Program-made: the position numbers and the translations under genes
Assembly (NCBI GenBank): GCA_950097015.1
Contig: CATNEN010000024.1
Coordinates: forward strand, 5,518,001 to 5,582,000
Origin: Macrostomum hystrix
Lineage: Eukaryota > Animalia > Platyhelminthes
DNA length: 64,000 bases
Direction of reading: 5' to 3'
Notes under the pieces: model-generated
The model's database searches: none
The model's input: the letters and a program-made list of their open reading frames with translations, nothing else
What the model was told of the DNA's origin: nothing
Shown here: piece by piece, positions 12,301 to 24,169 of the stretch
How positions within the stretch are numbered: the stretch's first letter is position 1
Layout: each line of letters begins with the position of its first letter

Positions 12301-15061
12301 GACTTCCTCCACTGGTCCTTCAATCTACCCCGACTTCCTCCACTGGTCCTTCAATCTACCCCGACTTCCTCCACTGGTCCTTCAATCTACCCCGACTTTC
12401 TTCACTGGTCCTTCTATTGTAACCCTACTTCCTCCATTGGTCCTTTAATGAACTATCATTTCCACCAATGGTCCTTCAATCTACTACGAGCGTATAACTT
12501 ACCCACAGGTCCTTCAATCTACTATCACTTTATCCAATGGTCCTTCAATCTACTATAACTTTATCCACTGGTCCTTCAATCTACTATAACTTACTCCACT
12601 AGTTCTTCAATCTACTATAACTTCCTCCACTGGTCCTTCAATCTACTATCACTTCCTCCACTGGTCCTTCAATCTACTATCACTTTATCCAATGGTCCTT
12701 CAATCTACTATTACTTTATCCACTGGTCCTTCAATCTACTATAACTTACTCCACTAGTCCTTCAATCTACTATAACTTACTCCACTAGTCCTTCAATCTA
12801 CTATAACTTACTCCACTGGTCCTTCAATCTACTATCACTTCCTCCACTAGTCCTTCAATCTACCCTGACTTCCTCCACTGGTCCTCCAAATCTTAAATTC
12901 TAAAATTTAAATGGTGAGCGTCCCTGGGACATTTCAATCTTACTCGTGTCCTCGTACCTATTTACAAATTAAAAGTGGTCTAATCCCAATTTGAATGTCT
13001 TTAGAGATCTGCGTCCAAGCAATGTGAATTTGACGAATCGAAATGTTGCCAAGCTATGCGATTTTGGATTTTCAAAATGCATCGACAACTTTCTGGACCT
13101 CATTAACGGCGTTGTCGGCTCCCCATTCTATCAGTCGCCAGAGGCATGCAACTTTGAGTTGTACACTTCAAAATGCGATGTCTGGGTGAGTCTCACACAT
13201 GTTGAGTTGTACGTACTTTCGGGATGTATAGAATTATGGATTACAGGGATGAGAGATTCCCTCTGCTTATCAGGCATTATAGAATCCCTCTGCTTATCAG
13301 GGATTATAGAATCCCTCAGCTTATCAGGGATTATAGAATCCCTCAGATTATCAGGGATTATAGAATCCCTCAGCTTATCAGGGATTATAGAATCCCTCAG
13401 CTTATCAGGGATTATAGAATCCCTCAGCTTATCAGGGATTATAGAATCCCTCAGCTTATCAGGGATTATTTATATGTTTTAATTGGCAAACTAAGATTAT
13501 ACTCATGGAGTAGGGCTTCTAAATTCACTGCCCAATAGTCTAGATTTTAAATCCCACCCTAATGAGTATTATTGTTTTCGAAATTCTACTGATACTTTAG
13601 AAATATTCTATATATATAATATTGAAAGAAAAAACTAACTTATTCAAATGCCCCAACATCTCCGCGCCAGTCCCTCGGCTGCCTGCTGTACGAGCTGGCC
13701 TGTCTGCGCCCGGCCTTCTACCTGGAGTCCGGGGCCCGCACCGTCCTGGATCAGGTTCGTCGGGGCAGCTTCTCCAAGCTGGATCGACGCTCTCTGGGCC
13801 TGTCATCGGCGCTGACCAGCCTGACTGAAGACCTGCTGCAGGTTGGTTGAGTGAGGCATTTGTTGGAATTCCCGCCGCATCAGCGCGGATCTATTTTTAG
13901 ATTTTTATAACGGGAATCCCATATGAACGGGAATTCGTTCTTGTTTTCTACGAGTAGAAAATAAAATAAAATGCGTTAAAACTGATTTCCTTTTAAGTTT
14001 CATTTCCTGTGGAATACCATGGATTTTCCGTGGGATTCCCATCATGGATTTTCCATGGGATTCCCATCATGGATTTCCGGTAGATTCCTGTCATGGATTT
14101 TATTTTTAGTGGAATTCACTTCACAGATTTTCAGTTAGATTCGAATAATGGATTACCTGTGGGATTACCGACACGTGGAACTCAAAGGCGTTACTTCGGG
14201 ATTACCTTTAACGGAAACTTTAGAGAAGATTTTTCTCGTAAAAAAAGAGAAATAAAAAAATAATATATATGACAAATAAAAGACAAAGACGACACCAGAA
14301 AAGTGCACTTTAACATTTCAACCACGCCTGATACTCAGGTGTCCTGGGAGCAGCGGCCGTCCTGCCGGCGGCTGCTGCAGAGCGGGCTGGTCAGGCGCCA
14401 CCTGGCCCAGTTTCGCAGCCTGGCCGAGGAGAACGCCGAGGAGCGTGGCGCCAGTCGGGCTAGCGGTGGTCGGGGCGGCTCCGCCTCGCCGTCCGAGTCG
14501 CCTCAGCACCGCGGCGGCCGCGGCGGTGGCATCACGGAGCGGCCAATGTCGCGAATGTCGCGCATCCAGACGCCCCGGCCGAGGCCGCGCTGGTCGGCGG
14601 CTGCGGCTGGATCGAACGCGACAGGTGGCGGCTCCGCGGCTCCCGAGGAAACCGACGATCTTGAAGACCTCATCGACATGCGCGACAACGGCAGCAGCTC
14701 CGAGGACTCTGACACCGACACCGACGAGGATGTTGATGTCGGCGTGGACAGATCCAGCGGTCGAGGACGCGATCATCGCGGGCGTCGCTATGACGACAAC
14801 GTGGACGTCGACGAAGAGGACGAGAGCACCAGCAGCGACGAGGAGGAGTGCGCGGACACCGAGGACTGGGCTCTGGTGCTGGAGGAGGCCAGGCGGGCGG
14901 TTGAAGACGGCCAGACCGCCGCCGCCGCGGCCGCAGTCAGCGCTCCGGTGGGCTGCTACGACCCCGAGGCCGACTGTCTGTTTGACGCCTTCGGTATCGA
15001 CGGCAGCTGCGTTGACAAGGCTGGCAGGCACGTGTGCGCTGACTACCTCAAGAGCATGTGA
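9306..15061 (+). CDS. NIMA-related (NEK-like) protein kinase, 491 aa; exons 9306-9394, 10725-10890, 11629-11679, 11759-11794, 11888-11946, 13005-13185, 13671-13841, 14339-15061
   Basis: FAMKKV, EREAKLL, DYCEGGNL, WFVQVTLGLNYLHNKRILHRDLRPSN, DFG, GSPFYQSPE, SKCDVWSLGCLLYEL, followed by an acidic C-terminal tail. Exons sum to 1476 nt in frame. Confidence 0.88.
9500..10560. repeat. 16/19-bp pyrimidine-rich minisatellite (CTCATCTCTCCACCGT) in NEK intron 1
   Basis: Direct reading. Confidence 0.95.
11060..11545. repeat. 34-bp minisatellite (CTGGTCCTTCAATCGGCTGTTATCCTTCTCTATT) in NEK intron 2
   Basis: Direct reading. Confidence 0.95.
12005..12890. repeat. 31-bp minisatellite (CTGGTCCTTCAATCTACCCCGACTTCCTCCA, plus a CTACTATAACTT variant) in NEK intron 5
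   Basis: Direct reading. Confidence 0.95.
13255..13470. repeat. 27-bp minisatellite (AGCTTATCAGGGATTATAGAATCCCTC) in NEK intron 6
   Basis: Direct reading; each unit contains the inverted pair GGGATT/AATCCC. Confidence 0.93.
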
Positions 15062-15779
15062 GTGAACACATCGATTCCATATCACATTTCGCATTCTAGC
15101 CTCGAGCTATGAGCTCAAGTCAAAAATATTTCCCATGAGAAAAGACAATTAATTCACTTGGTGCTAAAGACAATATTAAAAATAGACAATATTTCACGAA
15201 AACTCCATTCTCATAGACTATTCCACTTTGCTTCACCGATACCAATTGACCCCTTTTAGATTCGACAAGGGCAGCCGAAAGGGCTAAATAACACTAGGCG
15301 CGACGTTTCTACGAATTCAGTTGAACAGAACAGACAGCTTGTTTCACAGCTTTAAATGCCTTTTTATTCATCTGAAGTCTGTACAATCGTTAGTTAATCA
15401 TATGAATATTGCATAGTGCCTGTCACTTAAACTATGGATGTTTCGCTCTAGAATGTCCGCGTTTTTTGTTACAAAAAATATTGCCTTTTTCATCATCTCT
15501 TTTTCTCTCCTGCTCCGTGGCTTACTACTTGCAGTAGAATGGCAGTGCCTATGGTCTATGGGAGCCGGACAATTTAACTGTTTGTCAGTCCGCATTGAAA
15601 ATTTTTTTGCCTTAATTCTTATTTGGCTCTATGCACTTTCGCTTATAATCTTACCTGTAGGATATCGATGTCATGTACTTGGTAATCATTTTGACTTATA
15701 TTTGACTTAACTAGCTGTTTATTGCATATGAAGTATTTTCTATAGGAAGACTCTTAATTTCAAACATTCCTTTACTTTT

Positions 15780-16830
15780 TAGACAACCACCTCACTCCCC
15801 GCCTTTTAGACACCCATCGCACTCCCTGTTTATTTTTAGAAATTCACACCTCACTCCCTCTTTTTGGCCAGCTATCCCCTGCCTTTTTAGACAGCCACCC
15901 TCTCCCTGTCTTTTTAGACAGCCACCCTCTCCGTGTCTTTTTAGACAGCCACCCCACTCCCCGTCTTTTTAGACAGCCACCCTCTCCCTGTCTTTTTAGA
16001 CAGCCACCCCACTCCCTGTCTTTTTAGACAGCCACCCCACTCCCTTTCTTTTAAGACAGCCACCCCACTCCCCTGCCTTTTTAGACAGCCACCCTCTCCC
16101 TGTCTTTTTAGACAGCCACCCCACTCCCTGCCTTTTTAGACAGCCACCCCACTCCCTTCCTATTTAGACAGCCACCCCACTCCCTTCCTATTTAGACAGC
16201 CACCCCACTCCCTGCCTTTTTAGACATCTACCCCACTCCCTTCCTATTTAGACAGCCACCCCACTCCCTGCCTTTTTAGACAGCCACCCACTCCCTTCCT
16301 ATTTAGACAGCCACCCCACTCCCTTCCTATTTAGACATCCACCCCACTCCCTGCCTGTTTAGACAGCCACCCCTCTCCCTGTTTTTTTAGACAGCCTCCC
16401 TCTCTCTGCCTTTTTAGACAGCCACCCCACTCCCTTCCTATTTAGACAGCCACCCCACTCCCTGCCTTTTTAGACAGCCACCCCACTCCCTTCCTATTTA
16501 GACATCCACCCCACTCCCTGCCTGTTTAGACAGCCACCCCTCTCCCTGTTTTTTTAGACAGCCTCCCTCTCTCTGCCTTTTTAGACAGCCACCCCACTCC
16601 CTTCCTATTTAGACAGCCACCCCACTCCCTTCCTATTTAGACAGCCACCCCACTCCCTTCCTATTTAGACAGCCACCCCACTCCCTTCCTATTTAGACAG
16701 CCACCCCACTCCCTGCCTTTTTAGACAGCCACCCCACTCCCTTCCTATTTAGACAGCCACCCCACTCCCTTCCTATTTAGACATCCACCCACTCCCTGCC
16801 TGTTTAGAAAACCACATCACTTCCCGCCTT
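15780..16830. repeat. 28-30-bp minisatellite (TTTAGACAGCCACCCCACTCCCTTCCTA and variants)
   Basis: Direct reading; intergenic between NEK and Orai. Confidence 0.93.
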
Positions 16831-18477
16831 TTCAGATTGCCACACACATCATTCTCCATTTTTCTGACCCCGACACCTTAACATTTTTTGAACATCCGAA
16901 AAATTCTCTTCAGCGCCTTTAGAATCAATGTTTCTTCTTATTTAATAGCGGGTGCTGGAAGTAGGCATTAAATGTAATTATCTTCTTTACAGCGCTTCAT
17001 TCACAGCTATAATTCATTGCGCTATTAAGCAACGTGTCGATTTTCATATTTACTAAATCAGTGTTTTTGCAGACTCCCATTTTCTCTCGGGTGTAGACTG
17101 TATCACCCAACAACTCTCATAAATTATATATATATATGCTTTGCTCTCTCTGTCTCCGTCCACTGTTTTTTGCGTTGTCCGGTAAGCGCGGCATTCTCCT
17201 CACATTCCGATCCGCGAGATCTTGTCCGTCCTAAACCGAATTGTTTATCTCTACAGCTTAGAGTCTATCTTTGTGTATTTCTGTACCAAATATCCTTGTT
17301 TTCTTAGCTTTCATCTATATTGCATAGTCGGATTAGACCCTATTTGAAATCCTTGTACATATCTAGCATTAGCTTTAGTGTGTTTGTATTACTTGGCGCA
17401 ATTGGGAGAGAACACGTGCTTAATGTTTCAGTAAGCACAGCCTCTTGTGTCGTGTTAAACTATGTTAAACTAGATTCTATTATTTCTTTCAGTGTTAGAA
17501 ATCTATAGATATTTATTTGCTTAACTATCTGTATGTGCAAAAACATTTATATGCTTTACTGTTCTAGAAATTGATTATCTCGATCAATTCGCTTGTTATT
17601 GTAGTTGAACACTTTGTGTGTAAGAGCATCATATAGAGAATTAATGCATTCATATGCGGCAATTACTGATTGATTAGGTTACTGTATGGGCGCAAATTAA
17701 TATTACTTTTTAGATTATTTTATAAGCAAGTCAGCAGGATTGTTTCCTTGATCCTTAGATTCGAGTCTTTTGTTTGACATATAAATCCCTTCTTAAGTCC
17801 CACTTGAGTGCCCATCTCACTCTCAGATAACTTATCACATAACTTAAATTGATGCCTCATTCTTTTCCTTCCGACACCCACCCCACTCCGCATTTCCCAG
17901 ACCAACTCACACCCTGCCCCGCTGACACCCACCCCACTCTGAACCCTGCCCCGTTGACACCCACCCCACTCCACAACCTGCCCCGCTGCCACCCACCCCA
18001 CTCTGAATCCTTCCCTGTTGACACCCACCCCAACTCATATCTTACTGCCCCTACTTATACCTACCTACGCATACCTATCTGTCATTTCGTTTGAGGAAAG
18101 AAGTTCAATTTTTCAGTGCCGCCACTCTAGTAATTCAGACAGAAGTCGTGCAGAGTTATAAGATGTAGCTGCGATGTGTCATAATTCTGTCACCAATGAT
18201 AAAATATTGCCGTCGACTTCGCATTACATAGCTCAGCAGCTATTTTGCAATGAATGCGGAATAACTTGGCCTTTTATTTACTTAACCATTTATCTATTAT
18301 CGATTCAAACAAATAAATTAGATTTATTGATATTTAATCGGAATCCTTAATGAAATAAGCATACTGCCTTTTTTCAAACAATTCAGCCATTCTTCTATTA
18401 AAATACCCTTCCTGAATTCTAAAGCGTTATTCTGGACATTAATATATTCTAAGGGGGGGCAATGAATAAATAAGGCA

Positions 18478-18735
18478 GGTAGAGATGAGACTGGGTTTTG
18501 AAACAGGGAGAGATGAGACTGGGTTTTGAAACAGGGAGAGATGAGGCCGGGAGAGATGAGACAAGGAGAGATGAAACAGGAAGAGATGTGACAGGAATGA
18601 GGTGAGACAAGGAGAGAGATAAGACAGGGGAGAGATGTGACAGGGGGATATGAGGCAGGGAGAGATGTGAAATGAGAGAAATAAGATAGGGGAGAAATGA
18701 GCAGCGGATAGATGCTACAGTAGAAAGATGAGACA
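18478..18735. repeat. Degenerate purine-rich repeat (GAGAGATGAGACAGG-like), reverse complement of the TCTCATCTCTC family
   Basis: Direct reading; it supplies the false N-terminus of ORF 18728. Confidence 0.75.
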
Positions 18736-18868
18736 GGTGGAGCACGCATTAAGAGGGGGGCCGGATGGAGCATGGAGTGCAGCATCAATTTCTCCAGTCA
18801 AACAGGACACATTCATGGCATATAAAACTGTGATGTTTTCAGCAAACGGCCTGTTCCACATCAGAGGC

Positions 18869-20100
18869 ATGTCCGCCTGTAGCAGCAGATCTTCACAATG
18901 CGCCCAATTGCAGGACGAATCTGACGAGGATGAAAACGCTGAAGTCCATACCCAGCAACAAGCCGATGAAGCCGACGAAGCTGCGGCGGCAACAGCTGCG
19001 GCTGTGCTCGACACCGGCGACAGTAGTCGAAGGTACCGCGGCAAGCCACTGACAGTGAAGGACGTGCTGTCCTGGCGGCGGCTGCAGCTGAGCCGCGCAA
19101 AGCTGAAAGCCAGCAGCCGAACCTCGGCACTGCTATCCGGCTTCGCGATTGTCGCCATGGTTGAACTGGAGATCTCCGGCGGCGTTGGCAGCGGAAGCAG
19201 TTCGGCCAGCTCCGTGCCCAGCTGGCTGCTGGTGCTGTTCGCCGCCTCAGCGGCCCTACTGATCGCTGTACACATGCTGGCGCTGATGATCAGCACCTGC
19301 CTGCTGCCCAACCTGCAGACTGTCAGCGAACACGATGCCAGGTTGGCGCTTTTTAAGGTGTCTTATCAGTCCCCAGTGTCGTCTCATCCGTGTCTTATCT
19401 CTCCCCTGTGCTATCTCATCCGTGTCTTATCTCTCCCCTGTGTCATCTCACCCGTGTCTTATCTCTCCCCTGTGCTATCTCATCCGTGTCTTAACTCTCC
19501 CCTGTGCTATCTCATCCGTGTCTTATCTCTCCCCTGTGTCATCTCACCCGTGTCTTATCTCTCCCCTGTGCTATCTCATCCGTGTCTTATCTCTCCCCTG
19601 TGCTATCTCATCCGTGTCTTATCTCTCCCCTGTGCTATCTCATCCGTGTCTTATCTCTCCGCTGTGTCTTCTTCTCTGTGTCCTATCTTTCCTCTGTGTC
19701 TTCTTGTCTGTGTCTTATCTCTCTGCTGTGTCGTCGTATCTGTGTCTTATCTCTCCAGATTTTCTAGATTGTCTTATTTTCCAGAACAATCCGTAATTCT
19801 CCGCACGACAAGATGAGGTTCTACATTGAGACATCCTGGATCTTCAGCACCGGCCTTGGTATCCTGCTATTCCTTGTAGTTGTTGTGCTGCAAACCTGGG
19901 TGAAGTTCTATTCAATATCAAAGGCTGCGGCCATAGCTGCCACAGCCATCATCGCCCCGGTGGTGGTCGTGTTCGCCGTGTTCGCCCTGGTGTTTTATCA
20001 CCAGCTGACGCTGCACAAATTCCGCCGCGCTGCCCACATGGTTGAGCGGCTACAAATGGATTTTCGCACCTTCGAAGCAGCCGATGTCAAAATTGTTTAA
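18869..20100 (+). CDS. ORAI: Orai (CRAC channel pore subunit), about 262 aa; exons 18869-19341 and 19785-20100; start codon uncertain
   Basis: [32 protein letters not shown] (TM1 with the selectivity Glu), [41 protein letters not shown] junction GCCAG|gt...ccag|AACAATC keeps the frame. Confidence 0.95.
19372..19760. repeat. 32-bp minisatellite (CTCATCCGTGTCTTATCTCTCCCCTGTGCTAT) in the Orai intron
   Basis: Direct reading. Confidence 0.93.
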
Positions 20101-21304
20101 CATCCTCTACTCTTGATGTGCATAGTCTGCCATGAAGCTTATATAGGTCCTGCGTGAAATCACTGTCTATGGCCAAACCTAAATATGATTTTTTTGTTGG
20201 TTAATTAGTAGAAAGACCCTGGGGAAAGACCTTGAAGGGTATTTCAAGTATTAGATCATGGATGTTTAATGCGCATTCTAGGGTTAGACGTATCTCTCGG
20301 CCACACTTAATGGTCCTCGGCTCGCTTCGCTCGCCTCGTGACCATCAAATGCAGCCTCGGAATTTTTACCATAGAATGCACATTAAACTACCGTGATCTT
20401 ATATGAAATTCGAATTGCTTATTTTTGTTTTGTTTTGCATAATTTCCTTTTGAGCCGCGCCGAATACGGTGCAGCCATCGGGAGTGTCGGGGCAAAGCCT
20501 CCAACATTGGAACCATAGACAAATTTTCCATAAATTTAAGACAGTATTAGCTAGACGAAATCCGAATTACTTTCTTTTGTAGCTTTCTCTTAAACCACAC
20601 CGCGATGGAAGAAGAATTTGATAGCGACAATACTGTCTATTACTGACCACGGTGTCAAGTCTATCATCATTGATCGAGCTAAAATCGAAATTCAGTTTCA
20701 GTGAGTTTGTGAAACGTTTAATGCACTGCCTATTATTGAAAGAAACTAAATATGTTTCCTATATAATCCTACCAATTGTCTATAGTTTTGCTAGAAAATT
20801 GTCTTTTTGTTGCTTCGTTAAACAGCATATAATTCCTGTTATTTTTTTTGCATTTAAATAGACTATTTAGTTCTGTTTAGTCTATGGTTCAAACTGCTTT
20901 CATTTCGGGACCATCAAATGATTTGATGGTCCTTGAATTATAGCACTTTAGGCCATAGACTAGGCGTTCCTGGCAAAGAATGAGCCCAATAACTGTCAAT
21001 AAAATAAGCAGTCGGATTTTATATACCCGCTACTTACTTCACGATGGCTCCCAAACCGTCCGAGTCAGCATCGTCGAGTTATTCAGCGATTCAGGGTCGA
21101 AGACCCTTAGGTCAAAGACAACTACGAGCTAACATAGCTGTGTATAAACCTGTATGGCGAATTCATATTAGTTAAAAAAATAAAATAATATTAATTTTAT
21201 CAATCAAAAATCGTCAACACTAATAGCCGTCATGATTATATGTTGAAATTTGTAAGCAGAACATTTATGTACATATTGATTGTTTTTGCCACCAGACACC
21301 CCGG

Positions 21305-21470
21305 ACGAGAATCGTTGAATATCTTGATGATGCCGATGTTTCGTGATTCTGGAAGTAGTTTCATCGGATTGACCGGCAATTTTTAGCGCATGTTCTTGAT
21401 TTTCATGGCCATTGGTTGAATATTTTTCGAGATACAGAAAAAAGAAAAAATGCGGGCATTTGAAATATTT
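21305..21470. repeat. Dispersed repeat with a diverged second copy at about 51265-51430
   Basis: Shared runs GTTGAATATCT.GA.GATGCCGATGTTTCGTGA.TCTGGAAGT and GATTTTCATGGC.AT.GGTTGAATATTTT..GAGATACAGAAA. Confidence 0.75.
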
Positions 21471-22689
21471 CTGTTTATGAGTGCGTGGTTGTTGTTTCCT
21501 AGAATTACAGCCAAGGGCTTGTGGTTGGGAGTTCGATTCACAGCCTCGAGGGAAACAATCAATTTGTGCTCCTTGAGAATTAGTTCACCCAATTGTAAAA
21601 TGGACATTTGCGTTGATTAGGGTCGAAATTCTGTTGTGCTACAGCTGCGGCTGTGTTACTGGCTGTACGTTCCCATCAATGACTTATTGCGACACTATAG
21701 CTGTACTTTCCAGGTGAATTAAAATGCAATGCACTTGTACAGTGCTTTAAATTGGGCAGTTTCCTATTTGATGCATTATTCAGGTAGGATTCTAGGTACC
21801 GGAGCATTAAAAACTATATTAACCATGCAGTTTTATTTGTAAAAAAGTTAGCAGGAAGTATACATTTTTAACGCTATTTAACAACAGTGGTACTATCCAT
21901 TTATACTCTGCAAGTCTTTTGGTTACTTGTGCAATTGTTTTATCTCTGTCACTGGTCTTCCCTGAGGTCAGCAAGTATTATAAAAAGTTTTTTAATATAT
22001 ATTTGTTACTTTGATTTTGAATTGAACAATGCTTCAATTTTATGCTATTAAGATACTTGTCCTTGTCAACTCTGCTTTTCAAATGAAATAAAAGGCAAAA
22101 AACTATTTATTATATTAAGCTGATCTGAATATTGCCGATTAGCAGGCCTACTATATGAATGAAAATATCTTCGGTATATTATTCTACCATCCTGTATTGT
22201 ATATGAAATAGTTTTTTATTAATAATGAAATCTAAAACAGACAACAGGAAGCATTGAAAAATCGTTACACGCACCACATATTACAAACAAGAGAAGTCAT
22301 TAGTTGGAAATGGCACTGACACAACAGTCAGATTAAATTATCGATTAGTAGAAACATAGGGTGTACATTAATTACGCAATACCTGATTAACTGTGGGCGA
22401 ATGCAAAAATAACATTGTAGCAAAACAATATGCCATGCATGTAATTGTAGCTATAAAACCTAACTAAATTCTCAAATAGAAGCGACAGGTTTGCACTCGA
22501 AGTAAATCAATGCAGTTCCTACGAGGAACAACACATTAATATCTTTATCGGTATTATCCATTCAAGTCCGCCATTACTAGAAAACTATCGTCCCTTTTAA
22601 AAACATTTAATAAAAAAATGTTTCAAAAACATTTTTAGAGCCGAATTAACTTGCTTTTCGAAAAGTCATTCCAACATACAAATCGTTTA

Positions 22690-23200
22690 ACAGAATATTT
22701 TTTTTCTAGAAAAATAGATTTCGTAAACTTGTTTCCTTGAAAAAAATCGATTTCCTGAACATGTTTCCTGGAAAAATAGATTTCCTGAACTTGTTTCCAT
22801 CAAAAATTAGACTTCCTAAACATTTTTCCTAGAAAACTAAATTTCCCGAACTTGTTTCCTAGAAAGAATAGATTTTCTAAACTTGTTTCTTAGAAATAAA
22901 GATTTCCTGATCATATTTCCTAGAAAAAGAGATATTCTGAACTTGTTTCCTAGAAAAATAGATTTCCAGAACTTGTTTCCATAAAAAATTTGACTTCCTG
23001 AACATTTTTCCTAGAAAACTAAATTTCCCGAACTTGTTTCCCTGAAAGAATAGATTTTCTAAACTTGTTTCTTAGAAATAAAGATTTCCTGATCATATTT
23101 CCTAGAAAAAGAGATATTCTGAACTTGTTTCCTAGAAAGAGAGAATTTCTGAACTTGTTTCCTAGAGAAAATTGATTTTCTGAGCATGTTTCCTAGAAAC
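22690..23200. repeat. Degenerate 30-bp repeat (TTCCTGAACTTGTTTCCTAGAAAAATAGAT)
   Basis: Direct reading; includes a duplicated block of about 180 bp. Confidence 0.8.
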
Positions 23201-24169
23201 ACATAATTTTATAATTTGTTTCTTGAAATAATTAAATATAATAACAAACTTTTCAAAGCGAAGAAGGTGCCTGAGATAATTTAATTTCATACTCAAATAT
23301 ATAAAATGAAGGCATAATCAGTTAATCCCGTTAGTATCATGTCCTTAGATTTGATTTCTAGTTTGAACGCTGGGACTCTACAATTGACCCATTTTACAGC
23401 TAGCTAGTTATTAGAGCTAAGCACAAGAAAAAAGAGAGAGAGAGCAGAATAATTACATTATACAAAATAGCGGTTCGCAATATTTTACTGGCTATAAGTA
23501 GTATGTATATATGTGCGTTCTAGAAAATAAAGTTTGCTGAAAAAAGTAGATAGAAATATTGTGTATAATTTGGCTGCACCAGAAGAAGCAAATGATTTTT
23601 TAATTCGCAAGCACGTTTTAGTGGCAATTTAGCAGATAAATCAATAAGAAGCATACATTTCTAGAGGGCTTTTGCACTTTGCAGCAATTGAAATGCGTTT
23701 AGCAACAAACGAACAGACAAGCCAAGTCCTATTAACTATTCACTTAAACAGAAATGAAAATCTTATGAATTTTGGCAAGCGATGACAAACAGAAATGATT
23801 AGTTTTAATGTACTCTAAGAAATGAACAAAACCATTTGGCGAGCACGAAACCTGTAATTAATATTTCTGTACTTAACAAACCTGTAGTGCAATAAAAATA
23901 GTTTCAAAAGTAAAAAAATACAGATATTAACATGTAGTGTATTGACCAATAATTAAAATCAATTAAATACAACCGACTAGAATGACAGAAATGATCCAAT
24001 TACAGCGCCAATACATTTATCATCTTCCGTGCTTTGTGAATTACAAACCTAAAATATCAGTGAATTGTCGAGGACCAAACTAAAAGACTCGTTAATGGTC
24101 TAGGACCTAACTAAGATATCAGTGTACGGCCTAGAACCTCACTAAATAAAGGATTATTTAATGGTCGAG

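Noticed and set aside
17720-17835. ICQTKDSNLRIKETILL, faintly like a Penelope GIY-YIG C-terminal motif
   Set aside because: Too short, with no RT or GIY/YIG motifs nearby; cannot be supported without a search.
18728-18868. Longer Orai N-terminus from ATG 18728 and read-through to 19816
   Set aside because: The start lies in a degenerate repeat and the 3' extension is intronic minisatellite; the spliced model gives the canonical Orai sequence.
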